A program made the position numbers and the translations under genes. From NCBI GenBank assembly GCA_030265395.1, contig JARFYF010000012.1, forward strand, positions 22,636,213-22,700,212: a stretch of 64,000 nucleotides of DNA, read 5' to 3'. Below the pieces are notes generated by a model. That model worked only from the letters and a program-made list of their open reading frames with translations. It ran no database searches and had not been told where the DNA came from. This document shows positions 36,901 to 50,879 of this stretch, piece by piece. The DNA is from Rhina ancylostomus (Eukaryota). How positions within the stretch are numbered: the first letter of the stretch is position 1; every line of letters starts with the position of its first letter.

Positions 36901-38029
36901 CTGCAAAGGCTGCAGGAAAATAGCTGTCTGAACTTCACAAAATTTCCCGTGATCCAATAATTTTCATGGGGATTCCAACCATAAATATATCATATTAATC
37001 TATGAACTGAAACCAATTGTAATATGTAGTATATGGACAAGAGATATTAGCTGAATTGAAGGAATATTAATTTCATAACTTTGAATAAACTTACATTTTA
37101 AATCAAAACTGGAGGATTCCAGAGTCAATACCTTGAACCCAAAATCATAGATCACACCAAAGGAGTTGTGTGCTTTTGTCTTTTTTTGCATGCTGATTGA
37201 AATACATTGCCTGTCAATCAATTTTCACAACCATAATATATCACAAATTGCTTTTGGAGACGAACACTTAATGTTTCATGTCATTATGTTAATCTGACAT
37301 TAACTGTGACTTTCACAGAGGTATTAAACTATTTAAAATTCCTTTGTAGTAGGTTAATACCTCCATTACACTAATGCACAGAAAAAATGCCTTATTAAAA
37401 ATGTGCATTTGCATTTATTGCAACTACATTGTTACTGCAGTTCACTTATTTTATTCATTTGCCCCTATTTTAAAACATCAATTTATTTCTCCTGCAAATA
37501 ACATCTATTGCATATTATTAATTTTGAATAAATGTTTGAAAGGCTGAACTTTCTATTGCAGTAGGATTAATTGACGCAAAGGTGAAATTAATTATTGCTA
37601 CTTCTTGCATTTCTTTGTGGGTGTTGACACATTAATTTGGAAACTGTGGCTGTCTTTCAGATTACTGAATAGAAAGAAATAAGGACCTTGTTCACAGGTG
37701 GATAAACATACTGAGAAATGCTTTTTAAAATGTACAGGGGTAGATGGGGAGCAATCTCATCATATCACTTGTTTCTCTTTGGCATTGGAGCTTTTGAAAT
37801 CCAAGATTTACAGATAGGTTATCTATAATAGTTTATTGGCAAGAAAAAAGTAGCAAACCAGTGTCAACTGAAATTTCTAATCACTGTTCAGTACTTTTTG
37901 TAAAATCCTGCTGGAGAATGTCAAATACATTATAATCTGGTTGTCATGCAGATACGAGGGGAAAAAGACTGAGAACTACCTGTTGTTAATTCAGTTAATC
38001 AAAGGGATAGTTCAGTCTTTTTTTTTGAT

Positions 38030-38830
38030 TTTTCTGGATTTGGCCAAAGACAAAATTAATTGACAACTCCAAATTGTCCTTCAGAAGGGACTACTACGCC
38101 ATCTTCTTGAACCACTATATCATCCTTCTGGTGAAGGTATTCATGCAATACTGTTCAGTAAGGAATTCCAGGATTTAGACCCAATGACAAAGAAGGGATA
38201 GCAATATGCTTCCACGTCAATGTGGTTTGGAACTTGGTGGTGTTACCATGCATCTGCAGCTTTTGTCTTTCTTGTTGGTACAAGTCATAGGATTGGAAAG
38301 TGCTGTCAAAGTAGCCTGTGTAATGAATTGATCTGTACGAATGGTATGTAAGACAAGTTTTTCCACAAGTGACAATAATAAACCAATACCAATACCTTGG
38401 CAAGTAGATGCAGTGCATCTTTTAGTTGTTACATACTGTGGCAACAGTCTGCCTGCGGCAGAAGAAATTATATTGACGTTAATGGAGTAGCAGTCAAGTG
38501 GTGTCAAACTGCATGAGTTTTATGTAGCTGCACTCGCCCAGGCAAGTGAAGAGCATTCCATCATACTCCTGACTTCTGCATCTCAAATGGTGATACATCT
38601 TTGGGTGTTAAGAGATGAGTCACTTACTACCAAATACCCAACTTCTCAACTGCTCTTGTACCAATGTGGGTGGTCCAGTTGTAATCCTGCTCATTGGTGA
38701 CCCTCAGGATGTAGAGGATGGGGGATGGAGGGGGTCCCTCAACAAGGGTAATGCCACAGAATGTCATGAAGATGGTTTGACTTGTTTTAAAATGGTCATT
38801 GTCTTGCAGTTTTGAAGTCTGAATGCTACT
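38030..38830 (-). mobile_element. Old LINE 3' fragment
   Basis: Collinear with 5380-6010 and 19845-20640. Confidence 0.75.
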
Positions 38831-40764
38831 TGAGATTGATGGGAGAATGAAGGATATATACCAAGGAATGATGTTATAAGTCATAGGGAAGTGCATTCTG
38901 CTATTGCTAATTGTCTACAGCACTCTAGTTTTGTGCTGGCAGATTTATTCTGTGTCTATTCCATTTAAAATGATTGTAGAGACACACAACATGGATGCAG
39001 GGTCTTGACCTGAAACTTTGACAATTCCTTTCCCACACAGATGCTGCTCAACCCACTAAGTTCTCCTAATAGATTGTTTGTTGCTCCAGATTCCAGCAAT
39101 TGCAGTCTCTTGTGCCTCCAAGCTGTATCACAAAAATCATGCCTTTGAACCCCCCCCAAAGTTCATGTCTTCTGTGGCACTTCTGCATTTCATCTTTGTT
39201 TTCAAATGGTGTCTGAGATTGAGTGATACATATGCTTTTTCATTTAGCTTTTTGCCCTGTAGTATAGTTTTCTGAAAATGTAGTGCAAGAAATGTGAATG
39301 ACGAAAATACAATAATGTGTTTAAGTACAGAGTCCATAATAGTTGTGAGATATGCTATTCAAGATGGAAGAATCAAGATGGAGAATGACCATTGAGGAAG
39401 TAAGAGAAGAGGTATACAGAGAAAAATCATTACCACAAAGAACATCCAGTTATGCCATTGGTATTCATCGGAAGTATCCAAAGCATTCTGCATGTAAATG
39501 TTATGCCATTTTAATATAAACCATGCAATCCATTGTGTTTGAAGACTAAAGATACATGGGCATGAAAAGTGAGCCCTTTTCTATTGTCTGTGCTCTAGTA
39601 AGGTTTTCACTATAATTGAAGGAACTGCTCACCTTGTTCATAAATAACATTTTTTGTAGATGTTAATACAAGCATTTTTTCCATCCATAAGCAGCAACAT
39701 TTCTCAGAGATCTTGCTGTAAACAGTCCTGTTGGGCTTTAATATCAATAGAGATTTATTGAAGTTACTTGTCCTCTGCTACTGTTCAATTATTTAGAATG
39801 TAAAAGGCATAATCTTACATTCATTTCAGGGATAAATCCTTTTTCTTCTTTGAGTGCTAATTGCAACTTGTACTCAAATCCTACAGAGCTAATGCTTGTG
39901 AATTGGAAATTTGAAAACAAAGGAAGTGATAGATGCTGTCTGTCTTCGAATAAACTGGTGTACAAAACTTGTTTTGTTTACAGTGGGAAAAGAACCAAAA
40001 GAGCTGCAAAAGTGGGCCCATGAAAGCACCACAAATAAGTGATGTATTATGAGCAGACACATATTTGCTTGTGCATTTGCAAACAAGAAAAGGATTATGA
40101 CATTTTTACCATAAAGGCAGTGCTCCTATTTTATCCCATTAAAACTGCAAAACTATCTTTGGAGCTACCAAGGTTCACCTCATAAGGTAATTTCAGTTCT
40201 ATTTTGCTCGTGGAGATGAATAATCTGGGCTTTTGAGATATTACTAGGCATAAAGCCATTAATGTGGTTGTACTTTCTCCTCAGATTCAATTAGCATCCA
40301 AGGGAGACCAACAAGAGGAACTGCAAGTTGTGATGACTTACTTGACTGATCCATCACTTGGTTATGCAACTGAGTCATATTTCTTAGACAGTCTCTCAGG
40401 TGACATTATATAACCACAGTTCTCCAGATTCTAAGATAACTAATGAATCCTATGTGAGATCCACAAATTCTGCCAAAGTGAAACAAGTCATGCTTGACAG
40501 GGCACTTAGGAGGGTTGAATGAATTATTGGATGCTCCTGTCAGAGAAATGAAGCACTTTGTGCTTTCCTAGATGTTTCACCGCCAGTCTGAGGGGTGTTG
40601 GGTTAAGAATTCTGGTGAAGATTTACATTTTTTAAAGAAGGTTTTGAGAGGTTCCATACTTGTGCAGGAGTTCTGAACATCTTGACATATGCAGTTGGAA
40701 CCAACAGTTCAATGTGGAACTGCTAACAGCAAAAGTTTGGTCAATGTAAAAAATATAACAAAGT

Positions 40765-42010
40765 AGTTCAAAAGCAAAAAACTGCTGATACTGGAAGTCT
40801 GAAATAAAAACAAAGAACCCTAGAAATAGCATGTCAGCAGCATCTGCGGAGAAAGAAATAGAATAAACATTTCAGTTCCATCTATTTCATCATAACACAG
40901 AAAAGTTAGAAATGAAACAAGGTTTAAGTTGCAAAGAAAGGGGGAAGTAGCAGGGAAAATGAAAAGTAAGGTCTGTGATAGAGTTGGGACCAAGAGAGAA
41001 TGAATAACACAGGAGAGTGGTGAAGGTATTTCTAGAGGATGCATATATAGGAAGAGACAAATGAATTTTAAATACCAGAACAGTAGGTAAAAAACACTGA
41101 ATGGTACGCAGTGAGATGCAAGACTGGAATAGTTGATTATCCGAAAGTTAGATTTAAAGTTAAGTTGAGAATGCTGTAATATACCAGAAATTGAAAATGT
41201 TGCTCCTGTACCTTAGATTTGTTGGAGCAACATTGGAGGTCAAAGACCAGAAGGTCAGAATGGAGAGGAATATAGAGTTAAAGTGACAGGTAATGGAAGC
41301 TCAGGATCATCCTTGTAGATTGGATAGGGATGTTGTTCAAAATGGTCAATCAACATGCATGTGCTTTCATCAAGGTAATGGAGGCCACATTGTGAACCCT
41401 GTATATTGTACTGGAAGAAGAAAATTGCAGCTGTGCTTAGAAAGAATGTTTTGAGTCCTGAATGGCTGGAAGGGAGGAGTTAGAAGGATAGGTAAATGTG
41501 ATGGTGCCTTGAGAAGCGGAGCTGGTACAGCGGAGTTGTAAGAGTGGGCTGGAATATCGTTGAAGAAAGTTTCTTTCAAATGACAAGAGAGCAATGGATT
41601 TTTCTGATGGTACCATTAATTTGGAGGTGCAAGTAATTTGGAGAGTGGTGCAGTAGAAGGTGAGGATTAGCAGAATCCTATCCTTGCTCTGGGTGGAACA
41701 AGATGGGGTGAGAACAGAAGTGTCAGAAGTGGAACTGACAGTGTTCAGAGCTGTCAACTAAGATGAAGGGGGAACCGTTGTTGAGGATAAAAGGCGGCAT
41801 GGAATGCCTTCTGGTGTGGAACGTGACATCATTAGACCTATGCAACAGAGAATCTAGGAGAATGGAATGGGATCCTTACAGGAGTTTGGGTGGAAGAAAT
41901 GAAGGGGATAGGTCACTAACCTTTCCTCTGAAATGGAAGTAGAAAAAATTGAGATAGCATAGAGTCTAAGATGGTCCTGTGACAGCAGTGTTAAAATTGG
42001 CAGCAAAGTT
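40765..42010 (-). mobile_element. Decayed Penelope-like retroelement (RT C-terminal part, GIY-YIG, pLTR)
   Basis: TSVLTPS...SKDRILLILTF (the PLVLTF/Y linker); pLTR at 40770-40890. Confidence 0.75.
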
Positions 42011-42039
42011 AACCATTAGGGCCATTCAGCTTCTGCAAG

Positions 42040-44040
42040 GTAGACAGAGGTCCTTTTGCCAAATAACCTCAACTCTGATCTTACCATTATTTCAGTTACA
42101 CATGGATCCCAGGTCAAGGATACAACATACCAGGATGGACAAAAAAGCTGAGAGCCAGAATTACAGATCGGTGGCATGATTATAGTATTTCTATTTTGTG
42201 TATAAAGCCAAATGGTCTAATTTGCAAATACACCAAACATTAACCAGTGGGAGTATTAAAGATTACTAGATTGGGATTGGAACAAAGTGAGTGGAGTGCT
42301 TTGCGTTTGGACAGGGTGAGGTAGTGGGTGCAGGCAGTGGAGAAGTTGAGGTGGTTGACGTTGCGACAATAATTGGAAATGAAAAGGTCAAGGAAGAGTA
42401 AAGACCTGAAGGGGGAGTCCAAGAGGAAGGGGAATGTTGGAGAGCTGCCTCTGGACTTCCAATATCTCACTCTTAAAAGCCTCCCACTTGCCATTTGTTC
42501 CTTTCCCTTCAAACAGGCTCTCCCAATCAACCTCTGCTAGATACTGTCTAATTCCCTCAGAATTAGCCCTGCTCCAGTTTAGAACCCTAACTTGTGGGCC
42601 TGTCCTATCTTTTTCCATCACTATCTTAAAACTAATAAAATTATGATCACTAGAGCCAAAGTGCTCCCTGACTGTCAGATCTGTTACTTGCCCTGCCTCG
42701 TTCCCTATGAGAAGGTCCAGTATTGCACCCTCCTGAGTAGGTCCCTCAATTGATTCAGGAAACATTCCTGGACACATTTCAGAAATTCCACTCCACCCAG
42801 ACCCTTAACGCTCTGTGTGGCCCACTGGAATTAAAATCTCCCACTAATACAACCCTGTTAATTTTACAACTATGAGCAACTTCTCTACACACCTGCTCAA
42901 GTTCCCACCGACTATTGGGGGGGGGGCATTTAAAAATGCAGCCCAGCAACAGTGATGCTCCCATTCTTGTTCCTAAATTCTACCCATATGGCTTCACTGG
43001 ACAACCCTTCAAGGTTGTCATCTCCAAGCACTGGTGTTACATTCTCCCTTTTCAAAAAGGCAACAACTCCTCCTCGATTACCTGTACCTGTCACACCTGT
43101 AGCATCTGTATCCTGGAATACTGAGCTGCCAGTCCTGCCCTTCTCTCAGCCATGTTTCTGTTATGGCTATAACATCCCAGTCCTCAGAGCCAATCCACTC
43201 TGAGTTTGTCTGCCTTATCTGTTAAATCTTGTGCATTGAAATAAATGCAGTTTAACTCTTATTCCTTTCCCTGCCTTTACTGTGTCTTTACTGTATCTTA
43301 GTGATAAAAAGTAAGTGGGCTCCGTCCCTCCAATATTTTATTATGGGAAGTTTCTGGTCACTCAGCTTTGGATGTAAACTGGATGAATCTGAGACAGAAA
43401 AATAGTCCAATGAGGTATCTTAGAGTTAGTGCTGAATGTCATTATGTTATGTTTCTGAATTATATCCCTGCGTGTATCATATAAATGAGAAGCTGAAGAA
43501 TTGGGCATGGATAGATGCTTGAGGGCATTCCAGATATACTGGTGCAGAAGTGTGGAAGAGAAAAGTTGATTACTTGATTTCAGTTCACTGGAACAAAGCA
43601 GGAACAGGTCCAACCAGCAGGGCAATGGAGGAGAGGAGATTGGTGAAAGGAGGGGATGTAAACTGCATTCTGAATCAAGAGGTTGCTGACAGTTTAAGTG
43701 GGGTGAAGTTACTGCCAAGGTAAAAACAAAATGCCACTTATCAGTAAGGACTGTTTCATTACTGTGGCAGGGGCAGAAACCAGAAAGATTCAAATATAGA
43801 ATTGAGGGGAAGGTGAGCACAATATCACCTATCACTGAGTCCAGGAAGGAGAAGTGGATGGTGATGGTTTGGCTGGGATAAGATCAAGGAAATAGGAGAT
43901 GTACTGTATCTTCTGAACAGGATTAACTTGGAACAAGTAAAGCAGGAGGTAGGGCTGAATCAAGGAAAGCTGTGATTTTAGGAAGCTGAATTTGTGCCAG
44001 GGACTAAAGAAAGTGGCAATGGGGAATGTAATGGAAAACA
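42040..44040 (-). mobile_element. Decayed L2-like LINE, interrupted by CR1
   Basis: SLLFLDL...NVNH resembles LLDLSAAFDTVDH; pyrimidine-rich minus strand typical of L2. Confidence 0.55.
42440..43260 (-). mobile_element. CR1 ORF2 endonuclease (APE) fragment
   Basis: VVLVGDFN; GPTQEGAILDLLIGNEAGQV...HFGSSDHNFISFKI. Confidence 0.95.
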
Positions 44041-44044
44041 ATGA

Positions 44045-44420
44045 AATATTATCAACCTGAAATAAATTCTGTCATTGTTCTCATGGATATTGCCTAACTG
44101 ACTGAATGTTTCCAGCAGTTTTTGTTTTTACTTCAGATTTCCAGCAATTGAAATACATTAAAAAAAATAAGAAAAAAAACCTGCAGATGCTGTAAACCTG
44201 AAATAAAAACAGAAAATGTTGGAAACACAGCAGGTCAGGCAACATCTATGGAAAGAGAAACAGAGTTAACATTTCAGGTCCGAGACCCTTCATCACAACT
44301 GCTCTCTTTCTCAATTCTGATGAAAAGTCTCAGATCTGAAATGTTAACTCTGTTTCTCTTTCCAGAAATGCTGCCTAACTTGCTGAGTGTTTGTCATTTT
44401 CAGCTTTTATTACTGAACTA
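44045..44420. mobile_element. Penelope pLTR-derived cluster, including palindrome at about 44175-44405
   Basis: Inverted arms with two hammerhead-like cores back to back. Confidence 0.8.
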
Positions 44421-46416
44421 TATTGCTTTTGTATTTTTTTGATATTAAGGCAGAAATTTCCTGATGAGCTAGGGGAAGAGAAATAAGTAACGGTGGTAGC
44501 TCAGTGGATTTTCTTGATCTTTGTGATTTAAAAAAACATCCATGAGTTCATTTCACTTGTTGGAATTGAATGTCGTAAAGGGGAGAATGGATTAAGATAG
44601 TGTCTGGTGAAGAGAAGTCAGGGTTGATTTTTCCATTCTTTCAGGAGTTTCAATGGGGAAAGCAGAATGTTGTAATGTGCCATACAGTCTAGCCATACCT
44701 AGCAATGGATGGTTAATATAGAGTTACCCCAAATACATTCAAACCTGTGTCCCTTTGACTTATCAGAGTGGAGATACATGTTTTTTGCAGGAGGAAAGAC
44801 CAAGATGAGACACAGTGAGAGAGTAATGGTTTTAATTTGGTCAAGGATATCAAAGGTAGTAGTGAGAGTACAATTTAGCAGATGGATAGTTGTGAAAGGT
44901 CATGACAAATAGTGAGCAAGAAGGGATATTTGGGAATTTAAAAGTTCAGTGGTAACAAAATTACACGTGGCAAGCTGATGATTTTATGTTGTTGTCCTCA
45001 CTGACCCATTCAATGCCTCACTTTTGATTTGTTGTAATGAGTACATTTTTTCAGCAGTAACTGTTTCCAGCTCCTAATTGGGCCTGTGACACTTTCACTC
45101 AGTCTTTTCAGCAAATATTCTCATTTCTGTTGTTTCTAACCTGCACCAAAGCCTTCTCTGTAACTGGCTGACATCCTTAATTTTGTTCAGCAGTCCTTCA
45201 CACCCCAGTTGTTTACTACAACAGTTTTGTGTCCCTCAGTCCAATATTTTTAAAACTAGTATATAGCCCTAGTTCCAACGTACTTAAATGGTCCATCTGG
45301 TCTTGGTCTAATAAAAGTCTTATTAATGTGCCTTTGCTAGTCTCAGAGCCCTACCTACAGTTTATCATAGTCCATATTCTCCCTGTGGCCTGCCCCAGTT
45401 CCCAATCGTTCTGATTACAACAGCCCAGATCTATTAGCAGGATACCAGCTCCTTGCAGTCACGTTTACCACCAATTCTAAGTTACTTGGTCCATGTCTTT
45501 GTAAGTGGCCCATGGTGCTTTGTTTTCCCAACACAGTTATTTGATTTCTGATCAACAGTACTCCACTTCCCACAAAGGATTGCTCTGCTCCTTAATCATG
45601 AATGTTCTACAGTATGAGCCAATTCCCATCTACAGATGCAGTGCTTGCTAATCAATAATGCTGATAGATTCTAAGTTGTTCAAAAATCTTTCTATTTCTG
45701 CATTTTCCATTATATCAGCTGAGATTTTTCAACACTTTTCTTGAAGAGCTGCAGTGAACATATAGTATTTTAAATTTCTGGCCTAGATTTATACACACTT
45801 ATTGTAGTTCAATTGAACTGTCAGAAGAGAGTGATTAACAACCTAACATAACAATTTCTATTCCATTTTCCCCACTAAAAGCCAAATAAAATCCCTAAAT
45901 TGATAATAGAAAGGTAAATTTCCTCAATCTTGAACAGTAAGGAGGAATATCATAAGGAATACATCATTTATTGCAGAGTATTGTCATTTTTTTAAGAAAG
46001 CAAGTAATATTTCAGTGCACCATTTTGTACGATGTTCACTGCCTAAGGTTACTGAAATGAATGTATTATTAATTGAATGAATTTTAGATGAAAACTAATA
46101 GGGAGGGTCACAGTAGGAATATCTGCGTCATAGTCCTGGTAGTCTTTCTGATGACTATCCCACCGTCACCATTCACTAAATAAATCAATATTTGTCCCTA
46201 CTAGTGGAATGATCTATGACTTTGGTGTATGGATATAAGAAGAAGAGAGCATAAATAATGTTCTAATTTGTTAAGGATGCACAGTTTAAACAGAACTATA
46301 TGTTTGGTTTGAAAAATGATTTTTAAGAGTGATGGAGTCATAGAATCAAATAGCACAGAAACAGGACCTTCAGCCCATAATGTTTGTACTAGCCATCAAC
46401 AATCTATTCCTGCTAC

Positions 46417-46644
46417 TGTGGCGACTTACCTTTCACGAACCGGCTCCCAGGATCGCAAGCATCGTTGGAGGCCCGGACACAAGATGGCGTGGGGCACTCC
46501 TCCTTTGTTGGACTAGTGGAGCCTGCACGCGGGAAGGTCACATGACCTGCGCGTGACATCAGTGCCAGAACTGTGTTTATTAAAGGGGCAGCGCACCCCA
46601 GTCGTTCATTCAACTCTTGGACTCCAAACAAGTGTCTCGTGTCT
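46417..46644 (+). mobile_element. LTR 5' portion (Gypsy-like) inserted in a CR1 3' tail, running into a gap
   Basis: Starts TGTGG; CpG-rich; YY1-like caagatggcg; TATA-like tttattaaagg. Confidence 0.6.
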
Positions 46645-46744
46645 NNNNNNNNNNNNNNNNNNNNNNNNNNNNNNNNNNNNNNNNNNNNNNNNNNNNNNNN
46701 NNNNNNNNNNNNNNNNNNNNNNNNNNNNNNNNNNNNNNNNNNNN

Positions 46745-47790
46745 GATATTTGGTCCCTCTCTGGTTCAAGTGCAACCTGCCCCTGTTGTACAAGCCGCCT
46801 CTACCCCAGAAGAGATCCCAATGGTCCAAGAACCTGAATCCCTGCCCCCTGCGCCAGTGACTCAGCCACAAATTCATCTGGCCTGTCTTTCTATTTCTGA
46901 CCTTGCTTGTATGTGGCACTGGGAGTAATCCGGAGATCACTACTCTCGAGGTCCTGCTTCTTAACTTTGTACTTAACTCTCTATACACATTCTGCAGGAC
47001 CTCACCCTTTGTTCTACCTATGTCACTTGTACCAATGTGTACAACAACCTCTGGCTATTCACCCTCCCCCTCAAGGATGTTCTGCACCTGCTCAGAGACA
47101 TCCTTCACCCTGGCACCTGGGAGGCAACACACTATCCTGGTGTCTCTTCTGCGGCCACAGAATCTGTCCCCTTCACTATCGAATCTTCTATCACTATCAC
47201 CCTGTCTTACTGCACCTTTTCCGTCCGAGCCTCAGAGCCAGTCACAGTGCCAGAGACCTAACTACTGCACTGTCTGCCCACTACCCTTGATTTTCCTGGT
47301 GGTCACCCCTCTATCTGAAACCTGTGCCTTGGGTGTGACCACCTCAGTAAAAGTCTCATATATGATGTTTTCAGAATCCCAGAGGATCCTGAGTACATCC
47401 AACTCCAGCTCCAGTTCCCTGACCCAGTCTATCAGGAGCTGCAGCTGGGTGCACTTCTCACAGATGTAGTCATCAGGGAGACCATGAGGTTCCCTGACTT
47501 CCCACATTTTACAGGAGGAGCACCCCACTGCCCTAACTACCATCTTGCTTATGCTGAGTAAAGTGCTAAGGATGAATAAGAAATTAAGAAAAAACTTTAC
47601 CTGCTCCTCCTCACCAAAGCCTCAAATCTCCATTCTGACACTGGCCCACTCTCACTATGGCTGCTTCAAAATGGCCACTCCATTTAATCTCATCTTCCTT
47701 TTATTGGTAGATCACCCTCCAACCAGCCAATCAAAGAGACTTGCCTTTTATAGTTCCTGCTCTCACTTTCGGCTCCCGACTTCAGTAAAA
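46745..47790 (-). mobile_element. CR1 5' end: 5' UTR and ORF1 (zinc finger/leucine zipper plus SGNH esterase), frameshifted
   Basis: CSSCKMWE...DDYICEKCTQLQLL...RELELELD; RVVISGLLPVP...GFRFLDHWDLFWGR...GRLHLN. Confidence 0.95.
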
Positions 47791-49744
47791 GGACAACCAC
47801 AGAAAGCCATTTGAAATGTCGATGGCAAGCTCATTGATTTTTAATGGAACTTGAAGTTTTTTTTTATTTTAGGGGCCTTACATGCTTTTCACAATATTTT
47901 GTGTGGATTATTACTGTCTGTGATGGAAAAGAAGGACACCACAGATGAAATATTCTTAAAGTGATGTTTCATATTGATAAAATGAATAGCAAGAGATTGA
48001 GAAACTCAATGTATTGGCCTTCTAATGTTTATGCCTGAGAGGGATCCCTTTTATCAGCAATGGGATTTGCATACATCAGAACTTCACACAAATAGACTTC
48101 AATATCTATATAATTGGACAGAACAATGATATTGTAACATTATTTATAGATTTCTGATAGTTTACCAAAATTCCCTTCGTAGTTTCATCTCTCATCAATT
48201 TGTTAAATTTTGAAGTGTCCATTCTTCAGAAGTATTTCATAGGTTGTAAATGTTTTTGAGATGTATTTAGATAATGAATTTCACAGTTAAAGGATGTATT
48301 TTGTTTTTTAAAAATTTGATTACTAAGCTTGTTTAGGTTGCACGTGTGCTTTAATCAGGAAACTTAGTGACCATTTAATGACTTTCTCCCATAATTGTCA
48401 TTCCTGCAAGATAGATAGTGAGTAATCAATTGGTTAAGTTTCAAGAAACTAGACTAAAATAATATAACTACCATTCACCCTTTACATGATTCTGTTAATT
48501 GCAAATTTCAAATAAACATTTTATGGCGGACAGGAAAATATTCTGTGCTGATAGATTTTTTTGATTATGGTGTTTGAATAGATTCTTATCAAAAATATGA
48601 GACATTTTGAGAGAAAGTTTTGCTGAATGTGTCAAGAATCAAAGTTAAATGGTCATTGCTGGTTCCAGGTCAACCATCTTGAGTTTTCTGGCTTGCACAC
48701 ACTTTCCATTAACATTAAAGATCTTAAGCAGATTGTCCATTGTGATTTACGGAACCCTTCGATGATTAAGTCACACATTCTCACAGTTGCCAAGTCTATT
48801 CCATGGTGAAAAAAACAGTTTCAGCATGTACTGACTTTCTTGTATTATGAAGCCATTACTAAATACGGGGAATCAGAAACAAAGCAGTGTAGGAAGGGAA
48901 TGTGGGGTCTGGAGTAAGATTGTACACTGGTCCTTTACCTCTGAACCTGGGTTTCAATTGATGGTTATTAAAATTCAACATATTTTCATTCTGTGTGAAT
49001 TTGACTTGGGCAATGCATATCCAAGGTGGCAATGAACCAATTGTGAGAAACTGTCAAATCAGAATTAACTAATAAAATTTAAAATCTTACATATTCAAAG
49101 TATATATTAGAAGTCTAATACACCTGTATGTGTGCATCAAAAATGAGTAACAATTGTGAATGGACCACGTGATTCAACAGCTGGGTAAAAGATTGGAAAC
49201 AAGCAAACAGAAGAAAACTGTCCATAGACAAAAACTGAGGAACAAAAGTAATGAGACTGTTCAAAATATTTATCTGATCTGGTCTACTGGCTCAAAACAG
49301 CTCTCATTTAATCAACATCAAAACTGAATAGCTTAAAATATAATCATTCAACATATGAAGTTAATATTCTGTGCTTGGAACCTCTCTAGCAACAGACCTA
49401 TTTTGCTTTTCTCAGCTAGGGCATGGATCCTGTTACTCTGCAGAGTTTGTTAATCACAGTCAATCAGGAGAAGGATTATAACAGCAAAAGCATAACAGTG
49501 TGATTCTGCATAGTTCTGTCTTATAGACCATCACTCCCTAAACATGATTGACAACTGAAACCTTCAGTTACAAATGGTTAGGATTTACAAACAGAATTCA
49601 TTAGAGTGGACTGTTCAATGGAGTGGACAATCACATTGCCAATTTAACTAAAGGTACAATCAGATGATGTTCTGATTCAACAAACAAAAATGCTTTCCTC
49701 GTTGGAAATTAGATGTAGGAGAGAAAAATCATTGAGGATCTTTC

Positions 49745-50150
49745 AGGATGGTACAATGGCACAGCTAATAGAGCTGCTGCCTCACAGCTCTGGTGACCCA
49801 GGTTCAGTCCTGACCTCTGGTGCTGCCTGTATGGAGTTTGTACATTCTTCCTGTGACCGAGTGAGTTTCCTCGGGTGCTTCCATTTCCTCTTTTACCTCA
49901 AAGATGTTTTGTTNNNNNNNNNNNNNNNNNNNNNNNNNNNNNNNNNNNNNNNNNNNNNNNNNNNNNNNNNNNNNNNNNNNNNNNNNNNNNNNNNNNNNNN
50001 NNNNNNNNNNNNNTTGTTGGTAAGTTAATAGGCCATTGTAAATTGCCCGGAGTGTGGGAGAGTGGTAGGGAGGGTAAAATGATATTAGTGTATGATTAGT
50101 GCAAGTGGCTACTTGATGTTTGGCGTGCACTTGGTGCTGAAAAGCCTATT
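49745..50150 (+). mobile_element. V-SINE-type tRNA SINE spanning a gap
   Basis: tggcacagcta...ggttcagtcctgacc; gagtttgtacattctt. Confidence 0.8.
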
Positions 50151-50879
50151 TTCAGTGACTTCTGTCACTGTTTGTTATGTACCTTCCCCTACCCACTGGT
50201 TTGCTCCAGTATTGTCAAACAAACATGCCCCCTTTTAAGAAGGGATAACTAATGCTGCAAAAACCTGAAGAAATGTCATAATTAAATAATAATGTTTCCA
50301 TCTGTGCTCTCCCCAACCCTTTCAACGCCCACCAGTTATGGAAGTCCTCAAGTGTATCACTAGTGGGGATTGGAATCTCTTGGAAACAAAGAAGGCTATG
50401 CAAGTTTTATAGGCAATAAGAGTGAACAACACACCTATGAATAGTCACTTCAGTCAAACCCACAGATCTAAGAGGAGGCAGCCAAAGATCAAAAGTATGC
50501 AACTTAAATGTAGCCAGATGTGAGGAACAAACTCTTCAAATAATGGTACAGAAGCTAAAGCTTCTCAAACTCCCTCAATGGACGTGAACAGGATTAGTTC
50601 AGGCTGCAGAATTTAAAATCTTCCTTGGTAATTTATGAAATAGAAGTTAGTCTTAAGTATGCAGAATAGTAGCATATGTACATTGTACTTAATTTCCACA
50701 ATTCAGTTTCATTGACTTAATTGGAACTGAAATTTATAAGTGAACTTCATTGGGTATACACGACCACATAATGTGTTTAGAACATGTAAGTGTGGGGAAT
50801 GTTCCATCCCAAGTTGTTATAGTTATTCGTGATATTAAAATAACAGTAGTTCCACTTTCTCTGACAACTGAAAATAACT

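Noticed and set aside
46903-47469. 188-aa plus-strand ORF
   Set aside because: Antisense shadow of CR1 ORF1.
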